Positions 46,801 to 58,101 of a stretch of 64,000 nucleotides of DNA are shown piece after piece (position 1 is the stretch's first letter; each line of letters begins with the position of its first letter). Source of the DNA: Oikopleura dioica (Eukaryota > Animalia > Chordata); assembly GCA_907165135.1 (NCBI GenBank), contig OU015569.1, positions 4,526,001 through 4,590,000 of the forward strand, written 5' to 3'. Both the position numbers and the translations under genes were made by a program. The notes beneath the pieces are model-generated. The model did not search any database. It was not told the DNA's origin and saw only the letters and a list, made by a program, of their open reading frames with translations.

Positions 46801-49433
46801 GAATACGATATTATATCGAAATGGCTCCTGCGGGAGTGGCCGCCCGATCGAAATTTCGGCAGAGCATTAACCAGCCGCGAAATCGAACATCCAGAGTCGA
46901 ATTAATCACAAAGCAAATCGCAATTTTAATTGCAACCACCCTGACTCGCGCTGCGGCCGAATCGCGAAAAGCCGATTTCCCGATTTCGGAATTCATAATT
47001 TCAACTCTTTGCCTGTTTATTGGCTCCATCTCATCAGACTTGACGAGTTCATTAAGCTTTAATTAAAAACAGATCTGAGCAGAGAGGATAATTGGAATAA
47101 TTGTCCATATTAACCGAAAGCAGCTATAAGGGGAATATAAAAATTGATTGCCATCCGATGTGGAAATTGTTAAAATGCGAGTCGCGTTTTTATGTTTATC
47201 GGCCCCTGTGGAAATGGGGCGCCCATCGAGACACAAAGCGAATTCTCTTATCGCGCCACCGTTTCCCACTGTGCATTAACGATAAAAATATAAATCAACA
47301 CTTTGATAAACTGAGTGCCCTGTGGTGCGCCGAAATCATTTAAATATGGAATGGAGCCCTCTCGAATCCGTTCTCAGAGCCACGAAAATTACAATATTTA
47401 TCGTAAAGGCTGCGGTCTCACTCCACAGAAGCTCGAGTGCCCGAAATTCGCATAATTATTCCACTCTCCAAATCTACTCTCCAAATCATCCCATAATATC
47501 CCTTCTCGCTAAGGTTTTTATAACTTGCTAATTGAACGAGTACTGCTCGTGCATTTCGCCTCTTTGATGCACGGAAGAATTTATCCCGGCCGAAGGAATT
47601 AAATCCCGATTCGAGATAAAAAGGAGATCCGACACTCTGAATTTCGCGTTTTTACGAGAGTCACGCCTGAGAGGAATGAGAGCGTTTTTTTAATCGAATG
47701 AAATTAATCAAAAGCTACAAATAGCATCCAGCGGAAGTCGCGACTAATCTGCTAACGATTATTGAGACTCTCAATTTGAGAGTAGATCTGGGTCTTCTTA
47801 TTCTGTTTGAAAAATCCACGAAATTATACCTGTTTGAATTGCTCCTCGAAGGTCCAGTCTTGTTGGTTGGAGGAGCTGTTGCCGTTTCCGGAATTGGGTG
47901 TCGACGGCTGAGGTGTCGAGGGACTGCCACCGAGGGGATTGGCGTCCTGCTTGAAGCCGTTGAAGGGTGTCGAGTTCTGTTGGATGTGGAGACGCTTCTG
48001 GGCCTCGGCTGCGATTGCCTGCACGGAGCGCTGAATGAAACTGTTACTCAAAGCCCGGAAAGTGCGCCTAAGAGGCAGCAAAAAGAAGAGCTCCATATTT
48101 AATCGAAATGATAAATATTATGGCACTCAGGACAATTGATACACCTTCCGCATTCTATTTTTGGTATGCGAAAATGCCCAAATACCAGATCAATTTAAGT
48201 AATGAAGAATTAATCGAAATGTTGCTTCGATTCTTGCGGCCAGGTGGCTTTTAGAATTTGCATAACGAGGCGACTGTAGTTTCGTAAAAGTGGTTAAAGT
48301 GGTAATCCTCATAAATCGCGCAGTTGAGTGGTTCAACACATGAAAGGGCTGCTGATATTTTAATGTACTTATTTGATATTGGACATGATGATTTTTTATG
48401 TCGTTAAATGGTCTTTGATCTGGGCAAATGGCTCAGACGGCCTGGCGCATGGATCATCGACGCACCACTAATTAATTTTTGTTTTTTCACATCGTTAATA
48501 AGCATCGTAATTTGCAGATACATTTCGCGACATAATGTCAAATGGACAGCTATTTCCGAAAGATTAAAGCCGCCCCGGCCGATCATATCAATCCCAGCCA
48601 TTCGAAAGGGCAATAGCCTCATCATTTTACGCACCAAAAAAAGAAAAAAAAACAAGAGAAGTAGTAAAAAATCAATCTAATGCAAACCCTTAAAAATAAT
48701 TTTAAGGGGCTGAAAGAATCCTTTGTGGCTGCTCACCTGGGCGAGTTGCTGGTGCTGAAGCATGGCCAGCTCGCGCACGCCCTGGGGCAGGTTGGAAGGG
48801 TCGAAGTTTGGCAGACTAACCGGCAAGTTCTGGGCGAAGCCTGGCGGGAAACCGGGAATGTTGAAGTTTGGCACGGGTAGGCCATTGCCAGTATTTGCTT
48901 TGTTACTGTCGGTGTTGATCTCTTCGACGTCATCGGCGGCGTTGTCGTTGCCGCTGTCGCTGCCGCGGCTTCTGTTCTCGTTCGACTGTGAAGGTGAGGG
49001 AGTGCGCCTGGATTGTCCGGCCGCTGAAGGCAAAGATTATTTCAAATTCTAGAATTGATGCGCTGGCAACACCAAATATTTGCATAAATTTCAATTCAAC
49101 AAACCAAACAAACCAAATTAAATCCCTTTTTCCAGCTGATTGATTTTGTCAAACTTGCGATTTAACTATCTTTCAAGAAGCCGTGAGCGGTTTCTTCCAA
49201 GTTTCTACCTTCCCTTTGATAAAGAAAGACGCATGCGGCTTTTTGGTTAAATTTTGTGATGATCAGAAATTTGGGCGAACTTGTTCTGAGGAGTAAAGAT
49301 TACCTTGTGCACTGTGCATTGCCTGCATGGCCTGTTGGAGGGTCTGTTGTTGTTCGAGGATTCGCTGTCTCTGGAGACTTTCCATCACAGAGTCGAGCTT
49401 GGTGGAGTTGAGTCCGGGGAGGCCAGAGATCAT
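43820..49433 (-). CDS. ARID3: ARID3 / dead ringer / Bright transcription factor
   Basis: N-terminal KLDSVMESLQRQR. ARID domain across exons: WTFEEQFKQ|LYEIDDEPGRKEFLDDLFTYMQKR|GTPVSRIPIMAKQVLDLYRLYKLVVERGGLVEVINKKIWREITKGLNLPSSITSAAFTLRTQ|YMKYLYPYECEKEKLSSPGELQAAIDGNRREGRR. REKLES-beta SINMSICVNGVVYEGTLFA. About 8 exons with introns up to ~1.7 kb. Confidence 0.95.
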
Positions 49434-49449
49434 TCCTGGCGCGCCGGCT

Positions 49450-52400
49450 GCCTAAAAATAGAAAATGAGAGTTCAAGGCGAGCACCAACGAGTTAAGGGG
49501 CCTTGGAGCGAGTTAAGGGGCCGTGCGCGTATCTCTACTAAGCAGGTAGGTACCAAGTCACTCTCACTTTACATTTGATAATTGCGCGAGATCGAAATCT
49601 AGAAATATCTGACGCTGGAGCGTGCCCAGATCAGCCAATTTGGGATTGTCGCCTCCGGCTATTTCCGAGCGGCTGCTGTGGCCAAATATGCAACCTTTGG
49701 CCCCAGTGTCATATCTGGCACATTAAATTTTATATTAACAAGTTCACCTGTCCCCGAGCGAGCGCGCGCGCTAAGCTGCAAAAAAGGTTCGCGCGGAGGC
49801 CCTACGCAGCCACAGACAAGTTCGCCCAGTTCGCCAAGCCTCCTTAAGGTTACACGCCTGGATAGGCGAACACAGTGCCCAAGGCACACGGGAAGCACGC
49901 TCTTTGGGCACAGGGGAAGTACTCACAAACTCAAGTAACTGGCATTTTGTAGAGTGGGAGCAGCGGAAAAAGGTGACTTTGATAACTGTACCCCGGGCGA
50001 GTGAGAGTCTCTCTGAGCCTAAGTCTGCGCTTATCAAGTTTTCTGGAAAGTGATCTTGTCGCGCTTTGATTCCTTAATCTGGCGACGCAATATTAAAATC
50101 ATTCGCTGATTAGGCCGCGAATTAAAACACCCACTCGCCCTTATTAGCTAAGTAGCATACGCGTAGTCTTTATTAAGGAGCAAGGAGTTACCTGTGTCAT
50201 ACTCTCCAGCATAAAATTCTTACAGAAAGTGTGTGTGAAGTGTCGTTGCTAGTGTCTCTTCTATTCTCTGTCTCAGTTTGTCAATTTTGTTGTTTCGCTA
50301 ATTGGAAATTGTTGTTGTTGGCTATTATTTGGAAATTAAAAAAGGAGTTGCTCGAAACTTATTTGAAATCGTTTGCGAGTCTGTGCGTCCTTCAGATTAA
50401 TGTATTTTCTGTAGTTAATGTGTGTGTTTGAGTGGTGATCGCGCGTGGCGCGCGAGTGCCGCCGGGTGGCGTACGAGCTAGCCGAAAATGTCCGACGGGA
50501 GACGAACCGGGCGTGGAACGTTGCGCTCAGCTCCCTAGCAGCTCTCTAGCGCCTTTCCGCATCCCGCATTTCGCCGCGCTCCCACGCCACCTTTACCGCG
50601 CCATTCAACAATCACACAATTCCAACAATTCCCTAAACAACCGAAAAGAAAATCTCCGCTCATTATCCCATTCTCTTTCATTAAGCTATCAGATCGGCCA
50701 ATCTTGCAAAAGAAAGAAATGCATCTCAATGGAGCATTCATTAAAATGAGGAGCAGCGAAAACGATACCCTAAGAGTCAAACCTTAACAAAGACCTCCAT
50801 CTTTGACAAAATTATCCAAAATCCTTCCAAAGTTCAAATCGACTTAGGGAAAAGTTACTTGCTTTATAAAAAATGTCTTAATCTATCGGAGGAAAAAATG
50901 ATAATTCGTCTTTTAAAGTTTCGTACAGTCGTGAGGATTTATGAAAATCTGATATTTCTTATAAATTTGTTTTTTAAAGGTTTTGAGTGTTGTAAAAGTG
51001 TTGGCGCTCAGTGAGGCAGCACTGGTCGACCATTTTGGGCCTTGATAAATGAGGTATGACATCTGATTGGGATCAGGAATAGAAATTATCCATCAAATTT
51101 TTGAGTCAACTGTGGCTGATGGATCTTGTCCCTTTTCCGGTTGCGGTTATCGTTCTGTTTATCGTTGTGATTAAAAGTTTGGTTCTGATCAGAATAGCCT
51201 CACCCGCACGTTTATAAAAGAGAAAAACTTAACCCCTTCGTCGTTCTCGACCAATCGATAGGTAATTCTTCGACAAGCTCTGCTTTCGAAAGTTCTGGAG
51301 TAAGAAAAGAACGTACAGTTGTACTGTAAGTTTGGCGTTTTAGGAAGACCATCTGCAAACGTTTGACTCGATGCAAACGAGTTGTGGAAACGCTTTGTTT
51401 GGAGTACGAAATTTCATTTACGACTGTGTTAATCCAGAGCGGCTTCAAAGTAATGACCATAAAATACTTCCGCTAGTTGAAATTTTTCAGTCCGGAAGCG
51501 AGGGCGAGTCAACTGCCGCCAGAAAATTGCGATTGCGAATATTCGACCTCGATTCCGATGCAGTATCGATTCGCAGCTACTGTCACTATCTCTGCTCAGT
51601 CCTCAATTAGCCCACTTCTGATTTATATCTCGCCCTGGGAGACCCCATTTTACGCAGGTGAACCATCGATTCAACAAATCCCGCCGCGTGACACCTCCAT
51701 CAAGAAAACTTTGGAAATTCGTGGCCTTTTTTCTTGCTTTTGGAGAGTGACTGAGTTAAAAAGAGTGACTTGATATCAAAGTGCCGGCTCTGGGTCCAGT
51801 CAGAAGGTGCTCGAGCCGCTCTCAGGCATTACTTTGGTAGGTGCTTTAGTAAACAAAAGTTTGATTAAAAATTCAATTTTATTCAAGACTCGAGGAGCGA
51901 GTGGCGCCAGAAACACATTCTGGCTGATAAGATACTATTTTACTGCTGTGGCTCGTAACAGCAATCAAATCCAGCCCCTAATGTCGCCAATTAAACAAAT
52001 GTCATAGCTGGATTAAAGAAATCCCGAAGCGCCTCACATCCCAGCGAATAATCGTTTTGAATATCGTCACTTTCTTCCATCGCAAAATTTCAAAGGCGCC
52101 CGACGCTTTTTAGTCCCCAAATACAACAAAAACAAGGATCAAAAAACATCATTTTCTTAACAACCAAAGAAAATTCTCATTTTATAAAAAATCAAAATTA
52201 CTCATATTATTTAAAAATATTCAATAGAAAGAAACGGATAAGACAGTTGCAAGAAGATAGATTCATTAGAAAGTGTACATTTGATGCGGGAGTAATATCA
52301 AAGAAAGGAAGGCAGGGTTGATTCGGGATGTGTGCTCGTTGACGCCCATAATTTATAATTAGCCTCGATCGAGCTGCATCGCCGCTCGATTCCATCTCAG

Positions 52401-55400
52401 CAGACAAAGTGGCGAGTCGCTCGAGCTCCAGCCAACAATTTTTTTAAATTTTTGACATGGTCCAACCTTCGTCCACATCTTCCCCCAAGAGGGAGAAGCT
52501 CTCCAATAAAACGCTAGAAAAATGATCCTAATCAGAATTAAAATAGAACAGATATACTTTGTACTCCTTAGAATATATAAAAAAATGGTTATTTTTTATT
52601 CGAAAAGGGTGAGTTTTGAAAGAATGAATTATGAATTTTATGATTGTCGGGGCACATTGATATCTGGCATCAATATTTAGCGTTTGCAAACCTCTAATAA
52701 AATCATTGGCAGGATTGATTATTTAAAAATGCATTGTGGCGATCAAGTCTATCCAATTTGTTGGAATTAAGAGAGGACGAGAGATCGCATTATACATTTA
52801 AAAAACGCATTTAGAAGCATACTGAATAAAATTAAAGCATCTCAGAGCACTCTTATGGCATTTTTTAGTTTGTCAAGTTATAAGCGATTGTCTATGGAAT
52901 CTGTTCCCTTTGCTGGAGTTGAGGAAATTAAATTAAAAGAAGTGAGTTTATATCGCTGAGTGAGTAAATTATCACGAGCGTCTTTGAATCGGCCGGTCAA
53001 AGAAGACGCTAATCATTGATTGTGTGTAAGTAGATTACCATTGCCGAATACAAATTATTGAAAGAGAAACTCAATTACAAAGACTTGCAGTTTGCTATAA
53101 TTGCATCACGAGCGACCTTTATCTTCTTATCAAGGAGATCCCTTATGGCGTCCGCGCAAATTAACGCGAATCAAGGAAACCGTTAAGGGCATCTCATACC
53201 AAATTAAACGAATTAATAAGTTTAAAGTAAGCCGATAAAACCTGTCCTAAAATTTTTGGGCGATGAAAACAGCAAATTTCGAGCTTCCTGAAATGCCTCC
53301 TTGCTGTAAAATGGCTAAAAGACGCGAATCTAACGAATTTCGAAAATAAAAATTTGCTTTATATATGGACTTTATAAACCCCCGACAGTCTGAGTTACGC
53401 CTTGAGCACTGCACCAATCTGTGCGTATCAATAAGGTTCCCGCCCGTGAACCGAAGTCAAACTACGACGGGCGGGATTAGTAGCGCGCGCGCTGCAGGGT
53501 GGAGGGTGGACTCGGATTTTGTTACTCTCGAACTTTGGTTATTTTATGAAATAAATGAAAATGGATAAATAATTAAACTGCTCAATAATGATTTTAAAAA
53601 CAGTTATTTTTCATCGATGAATATTTTTCCCCAAGAAAGTTTAGAGCATAATTGAACAAAACTTCGCTCAATAAGTTATTAGAAGTATCGAGGATCGTAA
53701 TTCGTCGTTCCTTCCCCTTGATCTGGCGGCGGTTGAGGCGCGATTAGCCGCGACGAGCGCCAAAGTTCAGATGACTTGGGTAAATACCAGATCGCTCTCT
53801 AGATCAACGCAAAGACATTCCCATTCACTCCTCGCATAATCCCTGCTACTCCATCGAGACTCTTTTATTTGAAATGGCACCTTTCAAGCGCGGCTAAACA
53901 TGTCCCCGTCTAAGCCTCCAAGATAGTATCAACTGCCACTGACTAAAAACAATCATCAAGCGTGAAATATACTCAAACAATTATCAATAAAATGTTACCA
54001 ATTAAAATAAGCTTATTCTAACTGAGAATAGACAGAATTGACTTCTAAACAGAATCAAGAAGCCGCTTGCGGCTTCGAGCAAAAAAATCTTTCAAGAAAT
54101 TATACTGACAAATTTTTCTTTTTATACGTATTTTTTAATTCTGAAAGGAGAGAAACGGGAAAGAGAGCGGAGACCTGCGTACGGCGCAACAGCGCCATCT
54201 CAGTTTAATCTCATTTTGATATTAAAAAGCGCAGCCAATGAGCAGGCGCACGGCGCTAAAGCGTTTTTGATATCAAAATTAGAAGCGCCATTGGCTCCTG
54301 TACGTTTCGTACTGCTATTTTTTTACGTCGTAAGTGCTCAAAATTATGATCTCAATTTGTCTAGCTTTTAGTTAGCCTTTTAGATGAGGCGAAAGAAAAA
54401 AAAAACAATTTTGGCATAAATTTGCGTGCGCTTTGGAATTTCCCGACTTTGGAAGCGCCTTTCAATCTCGGAAATAGTGACAGGTACTTGAATCACTTGT
54501 TTCTTGAGCAGATAGCACTAATGACGACATATAGCTTGAAAAGTCGCCGACGTGATTGCGGGCGCTCATCTGGAAACAAACAATTTCTGAAATTTCAAAT
54601 TTCCTTGGCCCAAAGTGATCAAGTGCCAATCACTTGTGCCATGATTAATATTCAACAAAAAATAGTTAGCAGGGTGAACCCGCTGTTGTCGTGTTTGGGC
54701 TGGTGTTGCTTTGCGGCGCAAGTTCTGCTTGTTTGTTGTGTTGTTTTGGCGTTTTCATAAATTTGCGCTGGATCGTTAATGGACGAGGTCACAATGAGAC
54801 TCCGGATTGCCGATCGCATTTGGGCGAATATGCAGCATCGCTATTTATTAAATATACAACGGCAATTGACAGCTTCGCATCCGAGCTCGTCAAGCTGGCG
54901 ACCCGTTATAATTATGAGAGCGAGCGGGGTCAAATACCGAAGCGCCAAAACATTTTTGATTGTTTTACCAATTCCAATGGACAAGAAGTAGTCTGGCAGC
55001 AGCGCCAGTATCACCAGTAGATTGGGCAATATCGGCGGAATAAAATCCGATTGGGGCTGTTATACTACACAGCTTGACTATGCCAAACTACATATGAGCG
55101 GGATTAAATATTTAAACTGGTAATATCTCTTTTTCGTGTTGGATTTGCATATTAAAGGATCCGCCCGAGTGTGATTCAATTAGAAGCGCTACTTCCACTG
55201 AATTTCCGCACCCACAAAACGAGTCCACAATCGATTTTACAAGCGTATACAATTTTCCTCCCTCCCAATCCAAATAAAGCCCGAAATAAGAAACAAATGG
55301 CTAGTTTTGGTGCCTTCTTTGAAAGTTGCTAATTTGGAAAATTCGTCGTTAAAAAATTTGAATCACTATCTCGCCTTTGATGGGCTGAAAAAGCCGCCGC

Positions 55401-57900
55401 CTCTCGACATTAATTGTATCCGATATGCATAGGTCGCATCCGCCACTTCTTGAACTGGGAAAAGGTTAATCGAGCTGCCACCAATTGCTTTGTGATAAAG
55501 AATGACAAAATTCTTGAGCAAGGACAAACGCCCCGGAACCGTCTTTATTCACAAAACATTCGATTATTCTTTTTAGCAAGGAGTTAGAGTTCGGGTTAGT
55601 ATAATGCAGAAGATGATACTTAAACGATAACGCAAAGCCTAATCTTACTACAGTAGCAATTACAGTAGTTGATTTAATTTGATTTGAATTTGATACTGGG
55701 ACCAGATGGTGTCACTTTTGTTGATTGTTGGTGCACTGAATGGAAAATTGCGGGATCGGAAGTTGTTTTTTGAGTAACATTAGAGGAGGCAGCGGATCGG
55801 AAATATCTCCCTCTCGATTGCAGATAGATGGTGATTCTGCTGGGTGTTTGGGCAAACATCCGCATTTCGCCGAAAAGTCTTTTCAAAGCTAAATTGCACC
55901 TTCCAAATCGCAGCAGCATCAGTTCTGCATCGCCACACAGCCCAAACAAATCCCAATCGAAGATCTATTTATCTATTTGGAAAAAGACTTCCGCCAAAAT
56001 CTTATCACTTTCTCAAATTAAGAAAAGAACAGTGGAATAACCCACGAAATTTCGATTCCACGATTTTGCCTAAAAATATATACGGCCGCATGCAGAGCGG
56101 TTTTCAGAACCTGACTCAGGTTTTCCACACATGCAGCCGAGTCTGCTGATAAGAAGTCTCTTTTGCTAAGAATAGAACAAATGGAATGGATTTTATTGGG
56201 CTGATTTCATTCGTTTTTTTCTTGTTTTGAGAATGCATGTGCAGCTCGGCGATAGATTTCTGCGCTAATGACATCTTGTTTCTGTCGCAGTTTGAAATTG
56301 ATGGGATCGTGGCAGCAACAAAAGAAAATAAAATTTGTGGCTCGGCGACGGTGCCATTGTGCCTATTATTCGACTCTCACCGCCAATCGAATACCCATTC
56401 ATCATTATTCGCGGGTGCAATTTTGAATGCACCGCCGCCTCACTCTCCAGAGCAGCGTTTTTCGCTCCTTGTTTTGTCCACTCTAGCCGCAGTTATTTGA
56501 ATCTGACGGCCACAAGGGCCACCACAGCCTCTGATGGGCCACAGATCTGGTAGCCATTAATCCGGCGATTTGTAAATAGCCTGTTTTTAGCAATAATCAA
56601 TCCAAACTTCTAAACTCCAAAATGTGGCGCCCGTTAAGTGCCTCGCAAGTCGGCTTACTGTAACTTTCCCCCTGTAAGTTTTCCAAAGCGAGAGAGAGAG
56701 AGAGCGAATCAATCAATGCTTCTCAAGGTGCATCCAAATCGCCGAATTCGCCTGCCCGCGAAATTTCTTTAAACCCTCGCGCTAAGCCCCTCATGAATAA
56801 AAATCCCATTTCACCCCTAAAATCGCGAAACGCTAATCAATTTACTACCGCTCCATGAAACAAACCAGCGCTGGAAAGAAACAAAAAGTTCTTCCTTTTT
56901 TAAAAGATTTTTTAGACTTCGACTCAGGTTTTCTATTCAGGTTGCCGAGCCCAAATCGTCATACTTTGGAAATAATCGGTGAACCCTTATTTTAGGTGGA
57001 TATTTTGATTCCGCGCACGTGGGAAGAACAGTAGGCGATTTGGAATTCAAGTGGCAGATTTCCGTGTCTGTGTTTGCCTAATCGCGACCTTTTGGCAGCA
57101 GGCGCGCGCTAGAATTAGAATATCTCGACAACAGAGGCAGATACATTTAAACAATTCTCAGCCTGTTGACCTTATCAAAAACCAATAGTCAATCCTTTTC
57201 ACCTGACTTTCCCATTCGCTCAAAAGCGATCAAGAGAAATTTTAAATAAAAAACAAGTATTTTTTTATGTAAAAAATGTTTTTTGTTATAAAAAATGGAT
57301 TCTGCGCGGTGGTGATGAGTTTAGGAATAATATGCAGCGAGTAGTGTGGAGCTGTTTGGCAATTTGGCGGGTACTTGCAAAATGGAATTATCCCAAATTT
57401 TGAAATTTATGCTTTTCAAGTCACCACTCGAGTATTCATTAGCCTCGTGCATGTCGCAGAAATTAAAATTTTGGAAAGAAGAAAACACTTTTAATTCGCA
57501 AGGCAATTTATATGCGTGTTCGCGAGGGCCACTTTGTTCAATGGCCAGACTTGTGTATACTTTACCAATACACATGCCTATCATATTAACTTGCCGCCCG
57601 ACAATCATTTATTCTTCCATTTGCAGAGATTTTTTTCTTGAGTTCAGCCTTTTTAAAGCTTCGATTTTTGCGATTTTCGCAAAAATGAGATTTGGATCGC
57701 GCGCGTGCGGCACGATTTAATTTTTTCCGATTTTTTGCTGTTCCCTTGGAGCGGTGAAGAAAAGGATTCTAGGATCTTCACGCTGCATTCTCCTCTCTAT
57801 AATCGAGACTACTCATTAACAAGGCCACTGTCCTCTGATCAAGAAGAAACTCAACTCAAAAGATACATACTGTGCCACCTAAATTCAATAAACATTCTAT
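49450..57900 (-). promoter_or_regulatory. Probable 5' UTR introns, promoter and enhancer region of ARID3
   Basis: No coding gene recognised; GC-rich patch near 50430-50600; position upstream of a developmental transcription factor. Function is inferred. Confidence 0.4.
54209..54283. repeat. Short imperfect inverted repeat (possible MITE remnant)
   Basis: tctcattttgatattaaaaagcgc (54209-54232) versus gcgtttttgatatcaaaattaga (54261-54283). Confidence 0.5.
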
Positions 57901-57932
57901 TTTTCCATTCTTGTCTGGTGTGCTTCATTCCT

Positions 57933-58010
57933 TGCCCAATAGTGGTACCTAGCCCAATAGCGGCTCCCAAGCCCAATAGCGGCTAACTCCTAGCCCAAAA
58001 GAGGCTCTCC
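57933..58010 (+). repeat. Four imperfect ~19-22-bp tandem units ((a)gcccaatagcggct-like) in the retroelement 5' region
   Basis: tgcccaatagtggtacct agcccaatagcggctccca agcccaatagcggctaactcct agcccaaaagaggct; three units contain CCAAT. Confidence 0.8.
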
Positions 58011-58101
58011 GTTGTGGAACCTGAGTCCTGATAACTTGAAAAACCATCTAAACGTGGCCTGCGGGCCCCTAGCTCTCAGATCTTGTCATCTCTGGATCAC
58101 C

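Noticed and set aside
27250-57900. The many 60-160-codon ORFs of the ORF track in the ARID3 flanks and antisense to real exons
   Set aside because: No domain motifs, many non-ATG starts, no exon chains; consistent with chance ORFs or shadows of real coding exons.
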